From: Patescibacteria group bacterium
GTDB lineage: Bacteria; Patescibacteriota; Microgenomatia; Levybacterales; UBA12049
Direction: 5' to 3'
NCBI GenBank assembly: GCA_038062115.1
Contig: JBBTXS010000012.1
Location: 23,141 to 87,140, forward strand
Length of the DNA stretch: 64,000 nucleotides
Part shown: positions 18,878 through 28,317 of the stretch, piece by piece
How the letters are laid out: each line of letters starts with the position of its first letter
Position numbering within the stretch: the first letter of the stretch is position 1
Position numbers and translations under genes: made by a program
Notes under the pieces: model-generated
Told to the model about the DNA's origin: nothing
Seen by the model: the letters and a program-made list of their open reading frames with translations, nothing else
Databases searched by the model: none

Positions 18878-19579
18878 ATGATAATAAAATCATTTTCATT
18901 AGTGTTAGGTGTAGCATCGTTTCTTGTCTTTACTGTTAGCGCTTTAGCTGGGACTGCGTCGATAACTGGAACTACAGATTCTGCTGTTACTATAAGAAAG
19001 CCGATACAAGCGATTCAAGAGCAACGAGAGATGATGCTTAAAAATAGGCAAGAAACTAAAGCTATGTTGAAAGACACGAAAGAGGATCTTAAAGAAAAGC
19101 TTAATGTAATTCGAGACGAGAAGAAAAAAGTTTTAGTTGAAAAGATTGATGATAAGATTACCACAATGAATAAAACTCATACCGCAAAATTTTCTGCTGT
19201 GTTAGAAAAGCTCATGATGATTCTAAATAAAATTACCGACAGAGCCCAAAATGCAAAATTAAAAGGAGTTGATACCTCTACGGTTGATTCCGCTATTGAG
19301 GCTGCTAAAAAGGCAATAGATGTTGCAAAAGCCGCAGTTACTACGCAATCTGCAAAAACTTATAGCATAGAGGTGACTAGTGAAACCACATTAAAAACAA
19401 AGGTTGGAAGGGTAGTTAGTATGTTTAGAAAAGACCTAAGAGATGTGCATAAAATTGTAGTTGATGCAAAACAAGCTGTACAAAAAGCAGAAAGAGAATT
19501 AGCTAAAGCTCACGGAGAACAAATAGAAAAAAAGGCTCTGGATAATCGGATTAAAGAAATACCCAGTGTAAATGAATAA
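18878..19579 (+). CDS. Secreted coiled-coil protein of unknown function
   Basis: Signal peptide MIIKSFSLVLGVASFLVFTVSALA followed by Lys/Glu-rich helical repeats. Confidence 0.4.
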   Translation: MIIKSFSLVLGVASFLVFTVSALAGTASITGTTDSAVTIRKPIQAIQEQREMMLKNRQETKAMLKDTKEDLKEKLNVIRDEKKKVLVEKIDDKITTMNKTHTAKFSAVLEKLMMILNKITDRAQNAKLKGVDTSTVDSAIEAAKKAIDVAKAAVTTQSAKTYSIEVTSETTLKTKVGRVVSMFRKDLRDVHKIVVDAKQAVQKAERELAKAHGEQIEKKALDNRIKEIPSVNE

Positions 19580-19913
19580 TAATATGGAGCAAAATACAAA
19601 TCAAGTTACAACACAAGCAAATACCATAACCACAACTGATACTAAAAAAAGCAGGAGTAATGTTTTAATGTTACTGATATTGGTAGTATTATTTGCAATA
19701 TATGGCATACTAATTTATGGAATAAAAATGAGTAATGAAGTAGATTATATAACTACAATGAAACTAGAAAATGTTTCAAATTTAGATAGACCAGTTGTAA
19801 ACCGGTTACCTACGCCTTCGCCTCAAGAACAAATTGAAGGAATAGATAGCATAGATGTTGGAGATGTAGATACAGAGCTTCAGGATTTGAATGCTGACGT
19901 GCAGGGTTTGTGA
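19572..19913 (+). CDS. Small single-pass membrane protein
   Basis: 113 aa with one TM helix (VLMLLILVVLFAIYGILIYGI). It overlaps the upstream gene by 8 bp and the downstream gene by 4 bp, so the three are probably co-transcribed. Confidence 0.35.
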   Translation: MNNNMEQNTNQVTTQANTITTTDTKKSRSNVLMLLILVVLFAIYGILIYGIKMSNEVDYITTMKLENVSNLDRPVVNRLPTPSPQEQIEGIDSIDVGDVDTELQDLNADVQGL

Positions 19914-20668
19914 TGAAGAAGACCTCGTGGGGAGATTTTGCGGGCTGGTATAACGATCTAATCGAAAAAGAAAAGAACACTTATCAGAAAGAACTTATAC
20001 TTCCTAATCTTTTAAGACTTTTAGCTATAAAGAAAAATGATGTAATTTTAGATATAGCTTGCGGGCAAGGATTTTTTCCCCGTGAGTTTGCAAAGTTAGG
20101 TGCAAAAATTATAGGGGTTGATATATCTCAAGAATTGATTGACATTGCAAAAAAGAAATCTTCTTCTATAACGTATTACGTTAGTTTGGCAGAAAACATG
20201 CCCTTTTTAACAGGCTCAAGTATAGATAAAATTACAATAATTTTATCTATCCAAAATATAGAGAATGCTAATGATGTTTTTAAAGAATGTAATAGAGTGT
20301 TAAATTCTCAAGGACAAATGTATCTTATCTTAAATCACCCTGCCTTTAGGATTCCTAAGGAAACTTCGTGGGGGTGGGATGGGAAAAGAAAAATTCAGTA
20401 TAGACGTATCGATAGTTACCTTAGTGAATCAAAAGCGAAGATTCAAATGCATCCAGGTAGCAGTCCCAATGAGTTTAGTTGGTCCTTCCACCGTCCAATG
20501 CAATTTTATTCTAAAGCTCTATTAAAGAATAACTTTTGTATTTCAAGAATTGAGGAATGGAATTCTCATAAAAAAAGCGAGCCAGGCCCTAGGGCTATTG
20601 CCGAAGATCGTGCTCGCAGGGAAATTCCCCTTTTTCTTTTTATAGAAGCAAAACGTAGTAACTGTTAA
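19910..20668 (+). CDS. Class I SAM-dependent methyltransferase
   Basis: Motif I VILDIACGQGFF, motif II KIIGVDIS, and the rest of a Rossmann MTase fold. Confidence 0.7.
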   Translation: MMKKTSWGDFAGWYNDLIEKEKNTYQKELILPNLLRLLAIKKNDVILDIACGQGFFPREFAKLGAKIIGVDISQELIDIAKKKSSSITYYVSLAENMPFLTGSSIDKITIILSIQNIENANDVFKECNRVLNSQGQMYLILNHPAFRIPKETSWGWDGKRKIQYRRIDSYLSESKAKIQMHPGSSPNEFSWSFHRPMQFYSKALLKNNFCISRIEEWNSHKKSEPGPRAIAEDRARREIPLFLFIEAKRSNC

Positions 20669-21231
20669 GTTTGTTTTTCGGCCCGGCTAGTGTAGCTTCC
20701 ATCCCTAGTATCTAGTATTATTTGGTCTCCTATGTTTATAAATAGTGGAACTTTTGTTTTGAGGCCGTTTTCAAGTAGGGCTTCTTTATAAACATTTGTT
20801 GCTGAATTTCCGCGAACCCCAGGATCTGTGTCTGTAACTTTAAGTTTAATTTTTGGCGCTAGGATCATGCTTAGCGCTTCGTCTTTGTAAAACCCTATGG
20901 TAACTGTTTGTCCCTCTTTTAAAAACAAATGTCCTTCTAAGTTTTTAAGAGGAATACTTACCTGATCAAAGGTTTGGGGGTCCATAAAATAGCAACCTTC
21001 ATTGTCTTTATAAAGGTATTGAAGATTTTTTTTCTCAACCCTTACTTGGTTTACTTGGCCATTGCTTGCAAAACTTTTTTCAATTGTCATGCCTTTTCGC
21101 AAACTTCTTACCTTGAGTTTAACAACGGAGCTTGTTTTTCTCAAATGTACATTATTGTAGGTGATGACCTCAAAAATATCTCCATTGTCTTCAAAAGTAG
21201 TGCCTGGCCGCAATGTTGTAACTGGAATCAT
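20665..21231 (-). CDS. efp: Elongation factor P
   Basis: Three OB/KOW-like domains and an EF-P-like N-terminus (MIPVTTLRPGTTFEDNGDIFEV). The ORF extends to 21276, but 21231 is the likelier start. Confidence 0.75.
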   Translation of the reverse strand: MIPVTTLRPGTTFEDNGDIFEVITYNNVHLRKTSSVVKLKVRSLRKGMTIEKSFASNGQVNQVRVEKKNLQYLYKDNEGCYFMDPQTFDQVSIPLKNLEGHLFLKEGQTVTIGFYKDEALSMILAPKIKLKVTDTDPGVRGNSATNVYKEALLENGLKTKVPLFINIGDQIILDTRDGSYTSRAEKQT

Positions 21232-21241
21232 AGATGATATT

Positions 21242-22132
21242 TTACCATTTTTCCTTTCTATTTTGAAAATAGTCATAAACTGCTTTTGACACTTCTGCTA
21301 TCCGTTCTTTGGCTTGAGGAGGCGAATCACTTTCTGACAAAACTATAATAAGATAATCCCCTTTAGGGGAATAAACTATACCTGCGTCATGAGTAAAAAA
21401 ATCTATCTCACCAGTCTTATGAGCAATAATAGTGTCTTGTGGTAGATATTTAGGTAACTTGTCATTGAGTTTTTGCTCTTTTAGTAGACCCAACATTTTA
21501 TTGCTATACTCTAGATTGGTAAGTTCCTCCTTGTATAACTTTTCAAAGAAAAGGGCTATATCATAAGGAGTGGTCTTAGGAGGTTCTCCTAGTGATGATT
21601 CACGAAAACCATTTTGAGTTAAAAAAGATCTGACAGAAGAATGCTTAACCCTTGCCGTAAGAAGAAATGATGCATAGTTGTGAGAAATTGTAAGCATTTG
21701 TCTCAAAGCGTGACTAACAACAAGAGTTATTGTTCCTTCTGTCATTTCTGCTTCCTCGGAAGCAATGTTGAACTTATCGTTTAGTACTGTTACATCTTCG
21801 CTTAATACCTCATCTTCTTTTAATTTTCCGTTCTTAATTTGATCAAAAGCTGTTGCCATAATCCAAATTTTATAAAGACTTCCAGGTTGATAAACTCTGT
21901 GTTCATTTGTAAAATATGCTTCACCTGTTTTTAGATTTTTAATAACAATTCCATATATTCCTTTAGTTCCTTTTAGCGTATTTTGGACAACATATTCTAA
22001 CGATCTGTCCACGCGTTGGTTATTATTATTTTTTGTAAATCTATTAAACAGAATAAGCACGATAAGTCCTACTACTAAAATAAATCCTAAAGATTTGATA
22101 TTTTTCTTTGCTGAATTTCGCTGATTTCTCAT
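21242..22132 (-). CDS. Membrane-anchored serine hydrolase with a class A beta-lactamase / PBP-like fold
   Basis: N-terminal TM helix, SxxK (GSLYK), SxN-like SHN, and KTG (AHKTGE) motifs. Confidence 0.6.
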   Translation of the reverse strand: MRNQRNSAKKNIKSLGFILVVGLIVLILFNRFTKNNNNQRVDRSLEYVVQNTLKGTKGIYGIVIKNLKTGEAYFTNEHRVYQPGSLYKIWIMATAFDQIKNGKLKEDEVLSEDVTVLNDKFNIASEEAEMTEGTITLVVSHALRQMLTISHNYASFLLTARVKHSSVRSFLTQNGFRESSLGEPPKTTPYDIALFFEKLYKEELTNLEYSNKMLGLLKEQKLNDKLPKYLPQDTIIAHKTGEIDFFTHDAGIVYSPKGDYLIIVLSESDSPPQAKERIAEVSKAVYDYFQNRKEKW

Positions 22133-22219
22133 TATTCGTACCGTAATACTTCAATAAGAAGAAAGCTTACAAATAAACTGAATGTAAATCTTATTAGTTT
22201 TGTGTGAGGTAAGACTTAG

Positions 22220-22293
22220 TACCGCCAAGGGGATTCGAACCCCTGATTCTTGGGCTGAAAACCCAATGTCCTGGGCCACTAGACGATGGCGGC
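22220..22293 (-). tRNA. tRNA-Glu (anticodon UUC)
   Basis: Reverse complement GCCGCCATCGTCTAGTGGCCCAGGACATTGGGTTTTCAGCCCAAGAATCAGGGGTTCGAATCCCCTTGGCGGTA folds as a cloverleaf with anticodon loop TTTTCAG. Confidence 0.85.
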
Positions 22294-22400
22294 ATAAAAA
22301 ACTATTAACTTACACACAATTATATCTAAAATTGATCCGTTAGACAAATTGGAATCCTTCGATTTCTCTCAGGATAAAATAAAAATTAAGTCTTTAATTT

Positions 22401-23075
22401 TTATTTTAGCTTTTTTTTAAGCTCCGCCAAAATCTCACTGGCGCTGTCTTTTCCGCCCAATCCAAACGCTATTCCCCCAGCAATTGCAACCATTGCGACA
22501 AATCCAGTAAATAGGATCCTAATTAAATCTGACGCAACACCAAGCTGAGTCAGAATTGCCAGTATTACAAATACGTTGATAGCCCAACGAGTTACCGATG
22601 CAATCGCATTGGCAGCATCTAGAGATATACCTTTTGCCGATGCCAAAATAACATCGTGGGAAAGTCTGGCAAATACAAATCCAACTATTGCAATTATTGC
22701 TGCAACAAAGACATTTGGCAAATAGAGCAAAAATTCATTTAATATCGTAACCACTCTTGGCAAACCCCAAACATCTGCTGTTGGGATTAAGAAAACTATT
22801 ATTACAAACCATCTTGCTATTTCGGCTATTATGTTTGTCCAAGTAAATTCTTCTTTGGCCTCTGGAACCCCGTATTTTCTAAGCACACTTTCTATCTTTA
22901 GTGCTCTAAAGATTCCGACCACTACCTGTCTAAGTAGAGAGGCTATAATTATTCCTAAAAGAAGAATTATTCCTCCAACAATAAATTTTGGGACAAAACC
23001 AACAACAGCCGTAATGCCATTATTAATAGAGATAATTAGAGTTTGACCAATATCTGTTGTCATTTCTTTTTTCAC
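22401..23075 (-). CDS. Conserved-TM-helix family membrane protein (mechanosensitive-channel-like repeats)
   Basis: Repeated amphipathic TM segments typical of the TM_helix family, e.g. VVGFVPKFIVGGIILLLGIIIASL. Confidence 0.45.
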   Translation of the reverse strand: MKKEMTTDIGQTLIISINNGITAVVGFVPKFIVGGIILLLGIIIASLLRQVVVGIFRALKIESVLRKYGVPEAKEEFTWTNIIAEIARWFVIIVFLIPTADVWGLPRVVTILNEFLLYLPNVFVAAIIAIVGFVFARLSHDVILASAKGISLDAANAIASVTRWAINVFVILAILTQLGVASDLIRILFTGFVAMVAIAGGIAFGLGGKDSASEILAELKKKLK

Positions 23076-23178
23076 CCCCTTTCTTTTAATCTTTTAAAGG
23101 GTCCAAGATTAGTCTATATTGCATCTAGTTACCTTGTCAAGAGTTGATCTTGTTGTTATAATTACACTGGGTCATTTT

Positions 23179-23253
23179 GGTCCGGTAGCTCAGTGGTAGA
23201 GCAGGAGCCTTTTAAGCTCTTGGTCCAGGGTTCGAATCCCTGCCGGATCACCA
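23179..23253 (+). tRNA. tRNA-Lys (anticodon UUU) with CCA encoded
   Basis: GGTCCGGTAGCTCAGTGGTAGAGCAGGAGCCTTTTAAGCTCTTGGTCCAGGGTTCGAATCCCTGCCGGATCACCA; anticodon loop CTTTTAA. Confidence 0.85.
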
Positions 23254-23481
23254 TAAGAGATTTTTGAGTGGTATTAGTCCATTTTGGCTCGATACAGTAA
23301 GCTAATTTAGTGGTTTCAAATTTTACACCGTCAAAAGGTAGCCCTTGAGGAAACAGGAACTTTTGGAACCGTTTCTTAATCTCTAAATCCACTCGCATCC
23401 ATACTACGCTTATATCCTCAAGAATAGATATGCTATGCCTTACTACCTTCATTACATCCTCTTGGTTTTCTTGGTAGCCAT

Positions 23482-24294
23482 TTAACTTCTAAGAAATGCT
23501 GCTATTTTATCTAATATTAATGCACCTTCAACTGGATGATCAATAATCCAAGGCACAACCCCATGATCACTCCCTGGAATAATAATCATTTCGCGCCTTT
23601 CAGGTGAAACTGCATGATAGATCATCTCCATTACCTCTTTTGGTATTGGGCTATAGTAGCCCTTGTTATCTATCTCTACTTTTCCTGCAGACGTGCCTTG
23701 TGGTTTGCCATAGGCTACAGGATCTAAAGCATCATACTCTCCCTTTATTAGCAGTAGCTTACCATGGAAAGCTTCAAGATTTGCAATGACATCGTTTTCA
23801 TGATAACTAAAAGGTTCCGAAATTATCCTTCTAAATTCCTTCCCGAAGGGCTTATCGTAAGCTTGCGCTGAATAAAAAGCTGGGCCAAATAAGACAATTT
23901 TATCAACTTGGTCTAAATGCATGCCAAGAATCTTAAGGGCTGGTGTAGCTCCAAGGCTATATGCAAGAATTTTTTTCTTTCGTTGCGGATCTAGGTATGA
24001 ATAAAATGCCTCAGTTTCTTTCACATTATTGCCAAGCGTGGTTTGTTCCAAGGAAATTTTACTGGCAGGATTATGTCCCGACATATTGAAACCTAAAATC
24101 GAATATCCTCGCTCTTGCAGTCCAACTGTTACAGCGTCAGACTTGGTATAGTCAGACCTTGCCCCATGTACAGATACTAGCCACGGTTCCTCATGTCTAT
24201 TGTTATATAATATACGTCCCCCTAGAGAATACTTGCCAAAGTTATGTTCAAAGTAAAAACTATTTTCTAATCGCGATTTTTTCCTTATTTTCAT
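23482..24294 (-). CDS. Alpha/beta-hydrolase fold protein (esterase/lipase-like)
   Basis: A nucleophile-elbow-like AYSLGA, and a downstream HG and acidic residues consistent with an a/b hydrolase triad. Confidence 0.5.
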   Translation of the reverse strand: MKIRKKSRLENSFYFEHNFGKYSLGGRILYNNRHEEPWLVSVHGARSDYTKSDAVTVGLQERGYSILGFNMSGHNPASKISLEQTTLGNNVKETEAFYSYLDPQRKKKILAYSLGATPALKILGMHLDQVDKIVLFGPAFYSAQAYDKPFGKEFRRIISEPFSYHENDVIANLEAFHGKLLLIKGEYDALDPVAYGKPQGTSAGKVEIDNKGYYSPIPKEVMEMIYHAVSPERREMIIIPGSDHGVVPWIIDHPVEGALILDKIAAFLRS

Positions 24295-24390
24295 AATTCA
24301 TACTCATAATGAAAGTTTTACTCCTAATCCAGTTATATACAGCTTTTGCGTTTACTCCTGTCTCTTGGGATACTGGAATACCATCATTTT

Positions 24391-24586
24391 TGTCCTGTCT
24401 AATATTGTTAAACAAGAATAGAAATGTCCGCTTTTTTGTCATTCCGAGTGCAGTGAAACGGAGTCGAGGAATCTGATCCCTCCACTCCGCTATCGCTACG
24501 GTCGGGATGACAAACCATGTAACTTATTGTGTCTCTTAAATAGGACATTTCTATTCTTGTCTGACATGTCCTGTCTAATATTTGTT
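24391..24586. repeat. Composite palindromic element: family A core (24436..24513) nested inside an 18-bp outer inverted repeat and a ~16-bp direct repeat
   Basis: Core termini ttgtcattccgag...cgggatgacaa. Outer inverted repeat acaagaatagaaatgtcc/ggacatttctattcttgt. Direct repeat tgtcctgtctaatatt on both sides. Confidence 0.75.
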
Positions 24587-24780
24587 TCTTTATTTCTTTT
24601 GGTATAAATGTAACAGTACCCATTATATTTTATCACATCCTCACTCCTGACTTTAGAAGCCCATGATCAAGTTTCTGAACCACATGAAGATGAAGTCTTG
24701 TAATAAAATTCTCAACTGCATCTACAAACTTCTGAGAATCGCCATTAAAAGTCTCAACTTTAATGATAGCTGAAAAGTGC

Positions 24781-25764
24781 TTAATTAAAGGTATAGATTG
24801 TCTTCTCATAGTTTCCATGAATAAGTGATTTTGTTTTTGGCGTTACTTCACAAACAAATAATGTACTTGTGTTACCAATAGATTCTGCGCCTTTATACCT
24901 ATTGAATTTATCAAATACCCACCTTATCATTAAACCCAAGTCAAGAAATGCACGGTAGATAGGAAGAAATCTCTCTTTGGCTTTATCGCTAGTCCCATAA
25001 CATACATAGACCCTTGCCGACTGGTTTGTTTTATCAAGCGAATCAATGGCTCTTGAAACAAAAAGTGTTATTCCGTTTGGTGTATAGGGAGGATCCGTAA
25101 ATACCACATCAAACTTTCCCGAAAGCTTCTTAGGAAATTGCTTCCGAGCATCATAAGCGACAGTTGTTATATTGAAGCTTTGTTGTTTTGATGCCTTTCC
25201 TATGTTGTTTAAGATTCTAGTATCTATATCAAGAACTGCTATCTCTGCTGCTCTTCTATATCTAGAAATAGCCACAGAGGTAAAATCGTTATCTCCCAAA
25301 AACAATATTCTTTTCCCCGCAATGTCTTCAAAAAACTGAAGTAGTACGGCTCTTTTAGCTGTTGTTTCTATAGTTGCGGTAAATTGATCATATTCTCGTT
25401 TTGCTGCGGGGCGAAGGTCGGAACATTTCTCTAGAAGATTAATGATTTTTTCAAAACTCTCGCCACCCAAAGCAGAATATAACTCGTCTTCTATTTTGTA
25501 ATCAGTAGCAAATAGAGTCTGCATATCTTGACGCACATTTTTTTTCAATTGAGTATTCCTAGACACATCATTTAACAAAGATCTCAAAGCTTTCTTTATT
25601 TGATTTATAGCATTTTTTGAAATGCCAACTTTCATAAGCAGTTCGTGATTATCGACAGGTTTCCCCGTATGCAAAAAATAAAAAATATCCATTACCTTTT
25701 TTGTTGGAATACCAGTCTCTTTAGATACCTGCAAAATTTTCAAATATATTTGATTTCTACCCAT
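24781..25764 (-). CDS. DUF43-family protein (BpsA-like branched-chain polyamine aminopropyltransferase / MTase fold) with an N-terminal HTH-like region
   Basis: KRILFLGDNDFTSVAISRY...AVLDIDTRIL...GKFDVVFTDPPYTPNGITLFVSRAIDSL matches the DUF43 core, including the DPPYT motif. Confidence 0.5.
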   Translation of the reverse strand: MGRNQIYLKILQVSKETGIPTKKVMDIFYFLHTGKPVDNHELLMKVGISKNAINQIKKALRSLLNDVSRNTQLKKNVRQDMQTLFATDYKIEDELYSALGGESFEKIINLLEKCSDLRPAAKREYDQFTATIETTAKRAVLLQFFEDIAGKRILFLGDNDFTSVAISRYRRAAEIAVLDIDTRILNNIGKASKQQSFNITTVAYDARKQFPKKLSGKFDVVFTDPPYTPNGITLFVSRAIDSLDKTNQSARVYVCYGTSDKAKERFLPIYRAFLDLGLMIRWVFDKFNRYKGAESIGNTSTLFVCEVTPKTKSLIHGNYEKTIYTFN

Positions 25765-25833
25765 TGTTTATTAATTATAGCTACTTTCGAACTTTTTTTC
25801 ACTATGGCATTTATGCAGATCAAAACAAAACAG

Positions 25834-25965
25834 TGTAGCCGTTCAGGGTTTGACAAAACATCTGTCATCTCGAGCCTAAGCGAGAGATCTCCTTGAGATT
25901 TCTCACCTACTTCGTAGCTTCGAAATGACAATTCTTTGACAACTCCTGAACGGCTACAAAACAGT
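25834..25965. repeat. Composite palindromic element: family A core (25863..25931, tgtcatctcgag...cgaaatgacaa) with a 14-bp perfect outer inverted repeat
   Basis: Outer inverted repeat tgtagccgttcagg/cctgaacggctaca. The core resembles the other family A copies. Confidence 0.7.
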
Positions 25966-26159
25966 TTATTGATTTGCTTTTATGATCTATACTAGTATAA
26001 CTTCGTCAGGAAGATCGCAGTTATTTTGATGATTTAAAACACTTGATAGTATTTAATTAAATAAATAATATTCTTAAAGATTACAATGTACAAGATAATA
26101 AGATAAAACACGAATTAATAATCTAATAATCCATTTTTGTTCTAAAAAGAATTTATACG

Positions 26160-26345
26160 GTCGGAAAAATTACAGTAGATATTTTGTGGCGGCGTCCGCC
26201 GCCCCCGCCCAATCATGGAGTCATAGCATTAAAGGAGGGCTACCGTCAGAGAAACTTTAACCTAAGATATATTTTGGGGAGGTAGCCCGACCAACGCGAG
26301 AGCCGAACTCGGCTCGATCCGATGTGTCTGGGTTTTCCCACCTTT
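26160..26345. ncRNA. Candidate structured RNA of unknown class, or a degenerate repeat, in a GC-rich intergenic stretch
   Basis: Several strong hairpins within ~185 bp in an otherwise AT-rich intergenic region: ggcggcgtccgccgcc, gggctacc...ggtagccc, gagccgaactcggctc. No ORF is present. Confidence 0.25.
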
Positions 26346-26359
26346 CACGTAGCGATCTT

Positions 26360-26624
26360 TTACACTGTTATTGCTTCTCCAGTTTGTATGCCATAGAATT
26401 TTATTCCAAATTGTTTAAAATACTTAGTTAGTCTTTCATAAAAAGTTTCTCTTACTTTATCTCTCCAGTGCCAGTCATGGATTGGAATTATTACTTTTGG
26501 CTTTAGATAAACTGCAATTTCTACTGTTTCAACAAGACTTCCCCATGGCGCTTGTACTGGAAGAGCAAGAACTGCTTTGGTTGCACCAAAATGGAATGAA
26601 TCTCCATTTTCCTCATTTACCCCG
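26360..26624 (-). pseudogene. C-terminal fragment (~88 codons) of a metallo-beta-lactamase-fold hydrolase, with no N-terminal catalytic half, abutting a repeat element
   Basis: The minus-strand translation GDSFHFGATKAVLALPVQAPWGSLVETVEIAVYLKPKVIIPIHDWHWRDKVRETFYERL...* resembles the C-terminus of UPF0173/MBL-fold hydrolases. No HxHxDH region lies upstream. The frame is broken at the repeat at 26621..26724. Confidence 0.5.
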
Positions 26625-26724
26625 TACCCAGAATGCCCTGACCGTAAGGTCAGGGATGAATGGGTTATTTCCGCGAAGCGAACCCCTAATGCCCCGAGCG
26701 TAAGCTCGGGGTGCGGGGTTTACT
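26621..26724. repeat. Family C hairpin repeat (ends GGTGCGGGGTTTACT) with two GTAA-tetraloop hairpins
   Basis: Hairpins ccctgacc-gtaa-ggtcaggg and ccccgagc-gtaa-gctcgggg. The terminus is shared with 7332..7399. Confidence 0.7.
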
Positions 26725-26755
26725 AAAAGACACGAATGTATGTGTTTAGATATTT

Positions 26756-27085
26756 TCATTGCTCGATATTTGGTTGGAAAATTCCAGGCGGTTGCTTGCA
26801 TCCCGTTCTCTCATTTAGTATCCCAATAATTAGCCCAAGTGGCGCTCTGCACACTCCCATTGTTGTATCTATTCCTGACGACAGAGTTTCTTTTCCAAAG
26901 GGTCGATTATTTACATTCTTGGGATCAAACAACTTACAATTGCCGCAAACCTTTTCCAAACCTTCCTGACCTTGCGATGTTTCAGGTGACCCCATAATTT
27001 TAATAATATCAAACTGCCACATCTTAGGCAATATAATATCCTTTGGAAAATAACAGGAAGAGAATAAATAGTAAGATAATACCAA
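26756..27085 (-). CDS. Hypothetical small protein containing a CxxC pair
   Basis: Intact 109-aa ORF. It overlaps the upstream membrane-protein gene by 62 bp in a different frame. Confidence 0.25.
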   Translation of the reverse strand: MVLSYYLFSSCYFPKDIILPKMWQFDIIKIMGSPETSQGQEGLEKVCGNCKLFDPKNVNNRPFGKETLSSGIDTTMGVCRAPLGLIIGILNERTGCKQPPGIFQPNIEQ

Positions 27086-28208
27086 CTATTGAGTAGACAG
27101 TTTTTATTGTTTTACTTTTTACTAGAGCCAAAGCGATAAAAATTGGAAATAAAACTAAGGAGTATCTTGGCAGCCCTGTAAAAGTGCCGCTTGATATTGG
27201 AATGAAGAAACATATAATTGCAAAAATAATATAAGAGAGGCGAAGCCTCTTCTTCCACGCTACAAAAAGCATAAAAGCTACAAACATAAATGTCGAGATT
27301 TCAAGCAGCGCTATCCACCATTCATAATGAGATAATGAAACACTTGTTAGAATTTTTATATATCGATATATTGTTTGGGGAATAAGTATAAGGGTAGCCA
27401 CAGATCTATTGTTTAAGAAGCTTCCCTGAGCTTGAATAAAATAGAAAATATCTCCCCATTTTAAAAAATTAAACAACATGTATCCTAAGATTCCTAAAGG
27501 CGTAAAAAGTAAAAATAAACTTTTAGCTTTAAACAATGTTCTTCTTGCCCCCAGGAGCTTTAGCGAAGAATGGTCTTGTTTTATAAATTCATATATAAGA
27601 GCTGGAATTATTGCAATCCCAACTAGTCTTGTTGCTGTTAGCAATCCTCCGCATAAAGAGGCTAAAATCCATCTTTTTTTTCTTGCAAAATAAAATGCTA
27701 AGACCGATAAAAGCAAAAAAAGGCTTTCAGAATAAATGGAAGCGAAGAAAAATGATGTTGGAAAAAGAAGCATAAAAACAATCGTCGATAAAGCTACACT
27801 ATCTTTATAGTCAATTCTCAAAAGCTTGTATATTATGATAAGAGCTATTAAAAAGTATAAGCCAACAAGTAAAAGTGCAGTAAAATATTGTATTGGGTGG
27901 AAGGGTAATTCCGCCGAGGCGGGAGCAAAAATAGAAGTTGTTAAATGTAAAAATAAAGGAAACAATGGAAAGAAACCAGCATTTACAGTATAACCGTTGG
28001 CTGCAATTAGAAGGTAGTAAACTCCATCGAAATTTGCCCAAGGCGACAGAAAAAAATTAGAGATTAGACTATGCTTATCGCTTAAAAAATATAAAGGCGA
28101 CGTATATGCATAACCTTGGCGAAATTCAACGAATGCTTGAGCAATAAAAAGAGGAATAAATAAAAAAAATCTCCAAAATAAGAAAAACAAAACAATTTTT
28201 TTAAACAT
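27024..28208 (-). CDS. Polytopic membrane protein, glycosyltransferase-like (GT39/GT87/DUF2029-type fold)
   Basis: About 11 predicted TM helices with Arg/Lys-rich loops. I have no catalytic motif to confirm the assignment. Confidence 0.35.
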   Translation of the reverse strand: MFKKIVLFFLFWRFFLFIPLFIAQAFVEFRQGYAYTSPLYFLSDKHSLISNFFLSPWANFDGVYYLLIAANGYTVNAGFFPLFPLFLHLTTSIFAPASAELPFHPIQYFTALLLVGLYFLIALIIIYKLLRIDYKDSVALSTIVFMLLFPTSFFFASIYSESLFLLLSVLAFYFARKKRWILASLCGGLLTATRLVGIAIIPALIYEFIKQDHSSLKLLGARRTLFKAKSLFLLFTPLGILGYMLFNFLKWGDIFYFIQAQGSFLNNRSVATLILIPQTIYRYIKILTSVSLSHYEWWIALLEISTFMFVAFMLFVAWKKRLRLSYIIFAIICFFIPISSGTFTGLPRYSLVLFPIFIALALVKSKTIKTVYSIVGIILLFILFLLFSKGYYIA

Positions 28209-28317
28209 AGCGTAATCAATAGTATTTTACTATTTGAATAACTTCTACACAAATTTACGCATAGAGTATTATCTTATGCTATTGCGTAGTATATATTGTC
28301 TTTCGTATAATTATTTC

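Noticed and set aside
23162-23452. 96-aa minus-strand ORF
   Set aside because: It lies antisense over tRNA-Lys and has no coding signal, so I take it to be spurious.
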